NCBI GenBank assembly: GCA_905250005.1
Contig: CAJNOH010000668.1
Span: 64,001-77,039 of the forward strand
Source of the DNA: Rotaria sordida
Lineage: Eukaryota
DNA: 13,039 nucleotides
Reading direction: 5' to 3'
Shown: piece after piece, positions 8,467 to 13,039 of the stretch
Layout: each line of letters starts with the position of its first letter
How positions within the stretch are numbered: position 1 is the first letter of the stretch
Made by a program: the position numbers and the translations under genes
Notes under the pieces: model-generated
Seen by the model: only the letters and a program-made list of their open reading frames with translations
The model's database searches: none
Told to the model about the DNA's origin: nothing

Positions 8467-8684
8467 GTGAAAGTATTCCTGTTTTTCTCGATAGTAAAGG
8501 AACTGACGATGCTCAAGGTAATTTAATTAATCCAATAAAACCAGAAGTTCCAACAGTTGGTCGTCAATATGTTGCTTGTATTTATGATGATCTTAAAGTA
8601 ATTGATTGTCTTATTGATATTGATTGGAGTGAAGTTGATGATTTAGTTAAAACAGCTAATGCTAGACGAAGATCAGTTGTTTAA
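8467..8684 (+). CDS. This is exon 2 of the same small gene (G)ESIPVFLDSKGTDDAQGNLINPIKPEVPTVGRQYVACIYDDLKVIDCLIDIDWSEVDDLVKTANARRRSVV*.
   Basis: The 61-nt intron (8406..8466) is T-rich and ends TTTATTTAATAG. It joins g + gt into GGT, leading into the 8394..8684 ORF frame. The spliced product is 432 nt, 143 aa plus stop. An AATAAA lies at ~8806. Confidence 0.6.
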
Positions 8685-9635
8685 ACTTTTTTTTAATTTA
8701 TTCCAGCTATTTACTTTAAAACCTTTTTATTATTTTATTTACCTTCAATTTTCTTTATGGTTTTTTTTCAATTGAATCATTATTATCTGTCTTTTTTTCT
8801 TCATAAATAAATCTTCTATTCAAATATTTTATTTATATTTATTAATTAATATTTAAAATTTAACTATATATTTGTAAAGAATTATAAAGCTATTGAATTT
8901 AATTGAATAATCAACTTTTTGTTTTTCTCAATGAATATTATTTATATTGATGAGAAATATTTTTTCTTTTTTAAAAATAATCCTATTGATAAAAATTTAT
9001 TCGCATAAATATAATATAATATTATTTAAATTGTTAATCGATGTGTTCTCTCTGTAAATTTAAAACATATCATATATAGACTTTTTTATTAAATAATATA
9101 AATTATATGTTAAAATAATTGTCAATGTTTTTATAAAAAAAACAATATTCAATTGTTACGCAAAAAAAATATACTGAACTTACAACAGACGTTTCAAGTA
9201 GGGATAAAATGTCTTCTTATTAAAACGTATACATTTGCCTATGTTTAGAATGCATATTAACCGTGGAATGTGCAATGCAATTAAATTAAAAAGCTTGAAG
9301 AATTAATTCGACAGCGAATTGAAACATATTCCACCGAGCAAAACAAAATACTTCATTATTGTGAACAAAATAATCCTAATGTTAATTCATCTGGACACTC
9401 TGATGTTACTACTCTTAATGATTGTAGACTATCTTCTATTATGGAAAATATTTTGGTCTGTTCTGGAACTTTTTACAAATACAGTAACCCGAAATTTTAA
9501 CATTGATTAGTTCCGATCTATGTGAAATTATATGTTTAGCTTTTTATTTGTTAGAAAATGAATTCTGGCTGTCTATATATCAGAGAAGCTTGGGGTTTTT
9601 TCATAGTATATCATGAAATCTCGCTATATTCTCTT

Positions 9636-9682
9636 GAGGGTAGGGGTGAAGATGTCTTCTCCGACACCCACATCCACACCCG
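9636..9682. repeat. This is the G-rich/C-rich hairpin element, copy 2.
   Basis: GGGTAGGGGTG (9638-9648) pairs with CGACACCCACATCCACACCC (9662-9681). The inner palindrome is GAAGATGTCTTC. It shares the 14-mer with copy 1. Confidence 0.55.
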
Positions 9683-9763
9683 TTTTGAAAAATAATTCGA
9701 ATTTTAATACACAGCATTTGTGCGCTTATTATCAAAAAAAAATATATATATAACGGGTGGGCC

Positions 9764-9905
9764 ATAATAAACTGGACAAGATATTAATGCATTTTTTTCC
9801 TATTTTTTGGGGGACAAATAGAAAATTTCTTTATCTATGAAAAGATGGAGAATTTCAAGCTCTCCAAAACTGTTGATTTTGTTTTTCAAAAAAGGTTTTT
9901 ATTAT
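9764..9905. repeat. This is the left terminal inverted repeat of the foldback element.
   Basis: Its reverse complement matches 10259..10400 at ~95% identity. Confidence 0.65.
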
Positions 9906-10258
9906 CAGCACAAAATTTCAAAGATAAGTCTCTACTTAATTGTCCAACTGCAACTGTCAAAAATCCCGAAAGAATGAGCAAAATATTTTCAATAAAAATT
10001 TCAGTAAAGTTTCAACTACTCCACGAAATTCTCTGTAAAATTCTGCATATTTAGATGGACATTTTAGATTTCTAAAAGGAATATTTGACGGAAACAGTTT
10101 TTAGAGAAAAAATGGAAAATCACTTAAAAAGTCTTTTTTTTCGTAGGCCTATGCTAGTGTTAATTTTTAATTCAAAACGATCTAAATGTTTCCATCATTT
10201 AATTTAAACATCGCCCTTCATGAGCAAAAGCTTGCACAAATTAATAATTTTGCGTCAA

Positions 10259-10400
10259 CAAGAAAAACGTTTTTTGAAAAACAAAATCAACAGTTTTGTA
10301 GAGCTTGAAATTCTCTATCTTTTCATAGATAAAGAAATTTTCTATTAGTCCCCCAAGAAATAGGAAAAAAATGCATTAACATTTTGTCCAGTTTATTATA
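10259..10400. repeat. This is the right terminal inverted repeat of the foldback element.
   Basis: It is the reverse complement of 9764..9905 at ~95% identity. Confidence 0.65.
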
Positions 10401-12691
10401 CTCAACCTCTTAATGAGTGAATATTTTTTTTTTGCCTATTAACAGTTCATCTTAGCAGAGGCTAAGTAAAGAGCGACATATGTGAAACAATGATTAATAA
10501 TGGTTATAGCAGTTAATCAAACATTTATTCGTTTATTTTCATAAAATACATCGTGCCGGTATTTATTTAAAAACAATCTATAGTTGGCATAAGGGTGATA
10601 GTAGCAATGTTTGTATAATCATGTTCTTCTTTTTATACATATGTAGCGTACATCTCTATGAAAATGATTTCTCTTCTACAAAATATTTCAATGTTCTGTT
10701 CTCTATTTCTTGTTTTGAAATTTAATATTAGTCAAAATTAATTTAAAAAATTCAATTTCTGTTAATAGCTCATTTGAAATAGAGATCAATCAATAAGGAC
10801 ACATAGTGTTTTTACCAACGAGTACAATGATCTTAGGATGTAGTGAATCAAATGAAGAAAATTCAATTCTATTATTATTGTCAACTTTATTGTACCATTC
10901 TTTATCTCTTCCATTATTTTGAACAACTCGAAATAATTGCAGCAATATGATTGACAAAGACGTTGAACTCTTCGTTTCGTTAATGAAAATAAAATAGTCA
11001 GAGAAAGATATAATTAAGATATCTCTTTTATTTTGTATTTTGTTAAACTTTCAAATATTTCGACGGTAGAAAATGTGTTTAAAAGAATACTCCTAGTAAT
11101 CTTTGATTTCTTTTACAGTTTAAGATTCATCAATACTTATACTAGTCGCAATGCATGATATTATTTGGCGTTCTCTTAGTTAATTTGTAAGAAAATAACT
11201 ATCAATTCCTTTAAATTTGATGTTTTATTAATTTTTCATTCATACTTATTTTAAGATTGGATTATTTAAAATTCTTCTGCAAATTATTAGAACGAGGAAC
11301 ACGATGATCAAGTTTTTCCTATGTGAATCGTACCAATAGTAGATAAGTAATGCACCTAGTCACCCACACTCTAAGTTAGTAAAACAGATTGCATATAAAC
11401 TTGTGTAGTTTCACTTATGTTCGATTCATAGACATGTAACTAAAGACATAATAATAAAGGATAGAGAAGAATGAACTAAGAGAAAAAGAAACTTTTTGTT
11501 TTCATGTCTTGAAGAGAGTATTAACTCCATATATATATATGCATATCTGTTCGCTATTATGATGTTCGAGTGACTTTGGTTTCGGAGAAAGTTCAGCATT
11601 CAACTTTATGTGGAACCATTTGAAGATGAATCATACAATAAAGGAATACAAAAGCTGTAGGAACAACAATAAAAACGTAAAATATCAAGAAGTTTTTATT
11701 ATACTTGTTTTTGAATCAATTTTAACTTTATTTAGAAGTGAAACGTAGCTGAGAAGTTCTCTTTGAGAATTAGTTGTATAGCCTAGAATGTACTTATCAA
11801 TCATGCGTATGAAAGAACATTCTTTTGGCTGTAAAAATATGGAAAAAAAAGTATATTGACGTGGAAACGGTCGAAAATTGTTGTAGAAAATTTAGACTAG
11901 TGAAATTTATAGTGTCACTTTTGCATTAAACGCTTATAAAAGATAAGGCATCCAAGTATTCTATGGCAGTTATAATTTCTACATAATATCATTAACTAAA
12001 ATTGTCATCCGATATTGAATTCCAATCAAAATAAGTTGTGATTTTGATTTAGTTGAATCCAGTGAAGATGAAGCCTATATCAGATATATACCCATCATCA
12101 TTTAGGAATGGTTAAAAATCTAGAGTACTAAAATTATAAGAAAAAAAGCCAATGAATTATAAGTATGTTTAAAGTCATCATTTATCGAAGAAATCACTTT
12201 ATTCGATATTTTTCCATTTCAAGAAAATTGTATGTATTATCCCTAGAACTTTCTCAATACTAGTCTGCTTTTGGTTTAGTTGGGTGTTCTATGTAGACTT
12301 GGTCAAATGTAGGGTATGTTGGTCTTTTCTTCAACTACACTCATATCAACATGAAAGTGGATTAAAATTCCAACATAGTAAATTTATGAAATAACCTCAT
12401 TTTAAATCGAAAAACTAAATTTTTACTAAAGTAATGTGAAATAATAAATCATGACGTATTCTACAATAACCAAACGCTCTCAAAACTACCTTATCATACT
12501 CATAAACACATGTTGTCAACACTAATGTATATATTTAATATTGAGTAATTACTGGAAGAATGCGACATCTACATAGAGACGAAGTATATTTTATAAGAAA
12601 TTTTCTTTTTTCGTTTGATGTTATTTTGAAATATTATTACTCAACATCAATTTGATTTCAACTTAACATACTATTCTATACGAACAACGTT

Positions 12692-12927
12692 CGGAGGTAC
12701 GAAAGTGATGGTTTATCATATATCTGTCTATTTAACAACCTAACTCTACCATTGCTCACTCATGACTTCTCCGAGGTCCAAAAGTAATGGTTTATCTAAA
12801 TACTTGCAATAAAAAATAACTCTACCATTACTCACTCATGACCTGTCTCAGGTCCGAAAGTAATGGTTTATCGAAATTGATGAAGTGGCAACCAACCTAA
12901 CTCTACCATCTCTCCCTCATGACCTCC
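12692..12927. repeat. This is a tandem array of about 3.5 copies with a ~79-80 bp period, each unit containing a hairpin.
   Basis: The unit core is CTAACTCTACCATT[A/G]CTCACTCATGAC...GGTCC[G/A]AAAGTAATGGTTTATC. Unit starts fall at ~12738, 12817 and 12897, with a partial first copy at 12692-12717. Within units, ACCATTACT pairs with AGTAATGGT, and GACCTG-TCT-CAGGTC forms an inner hairpin in copy 3. Confidence 0.7.
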
Positions 12928-13039
12928 TTTTTTTGTCTTTAGTTATATGAATATCGAAGGAAAGAGATGAAAATAATTATACAAACTGAAGTGTTTCTGC
13001 ATATTTTGATAAATGTAACTAGACTATTACCTGTGTTTT

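Larger units (their letters stand above)
9764..10400. mobile_element. This is a non-autonomous foldback / MITE-like element with long terminal inverted repeats.
   Basis: The left arm (9764..~9905) and the reverse complement of the right arm (~10259..10400) align with about 7 mismatches over ~135 nt, starting ATAATAAACTGGACAA. Weaker similarity continues ~25 nt further inward. The flanks are compatible with a TA/AT dinucleotide duplication. The only internal ORF (9845..10054) is short and partly inside the TIR. Confidence 0.6.

Noticed and set aside
9319-9510. A 63-aa plus-strand ORF.
   Set aside because: It is a hydrophobic low-complexity translation of AT-rich DNA with no supporting features.
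9845-10054. A 69-aa ORF inside the foldback element.
   Set aside because: It begins within the terminal inverted repeat, is short and has no transposase-like motif. The element is best treated as non-autonomous.
12817-12895. A canonical self-cleaving hammerhead ribozyme in the tandem repeat.
   Set aside because: The core heptamer is CUCAUGA, not CUGAUGA, because G5 is replaced. No helix I exists within a monomer. The reverse strand lacks CUGANGA and GAAA in the right order. I report it only as hammerhead-reminiscent.
12878-12990. A C/D box snoRNA (TGATGA at 12878 and CTGA at 12986).
   Set aside because: The boxes are ~105 nt apart with no proper adjacent terminal stem, and the C box sits in a tandem-repeat spacer.
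1-13039. Prokaryotic-style features such as operons, CRISPR arrays, RBS sites and rho-independent terminators.
   Set aside because: The sequence shows spliceosomal introns, AATAAA signals and long AT-rich intergenic regions. I saw no direct-repeat/spacer arrays.

Overview
This is an AT-rich (about 70% AT) eukaryotic window with short GT..AG introns of 47–97 nt, not a prokaryotic locus. I find no rRNA, tRNA or CRISPR. Three protein-coding genes can be supported.
(1) Plus strand, 18..2393: a 791-codon single-exon ORF that is open to the 5' window edge. It contains a P-loop GTPase domain whose motifs and post-G-domain helical region resemble the IRG/IIGP immunity-related GTPase family. The domain sits between a ~300-aa N-terminal coiled-coil-like extension and a C-terminal hydrophobic, glycine-rich membrane-anchor-like segment with an acidic Ser/Asp/Glu tail.
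(2) Minus strand, 3995..5290: a four-exon F-box / leucine-rich-repeat-like gene. The six-frame ORF track lists only two of its exons; I reconstructed the other two from in-frame GT..AG junctions.
(3) Plus strand, 8192..8684: a two-exon gene for a 143-aa protein of unknown function, joined by a 61-nt intron.
The long intergenic stretches carry several structured non-coding elements.
- A 637-bp foldback/MITE-like element with ~140-bp terminal inverted repeats at ~95% identity (9764..10400).
- Two related G/C-rich hairpin elements sharing the 14-mer CGACACCCACATCC, with yeast-telomere-like TG1-3 / C1-3A arms (7840..7900 and 9636..9682).
- A GC-rich imperfect palindrome island (2720..2815).
- About 3.5 tandem copies of a ~80-bp hairpin-containing repeat with a hammerhead-reminiscent but non-canonical core (12692..12927).
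- A perfect 9-bp-stem hairpin whose 5' arm resembles the nematode SL1 spliced leader and whose 3' arm begins with a GT donor (6631..6659).
The most unusual item is the IRG-like GTPase: an invertebrate-style genome encoding an IIGP-family G domain with a degenerate G3 motif fused to coiled-coil and transmembrane modules.
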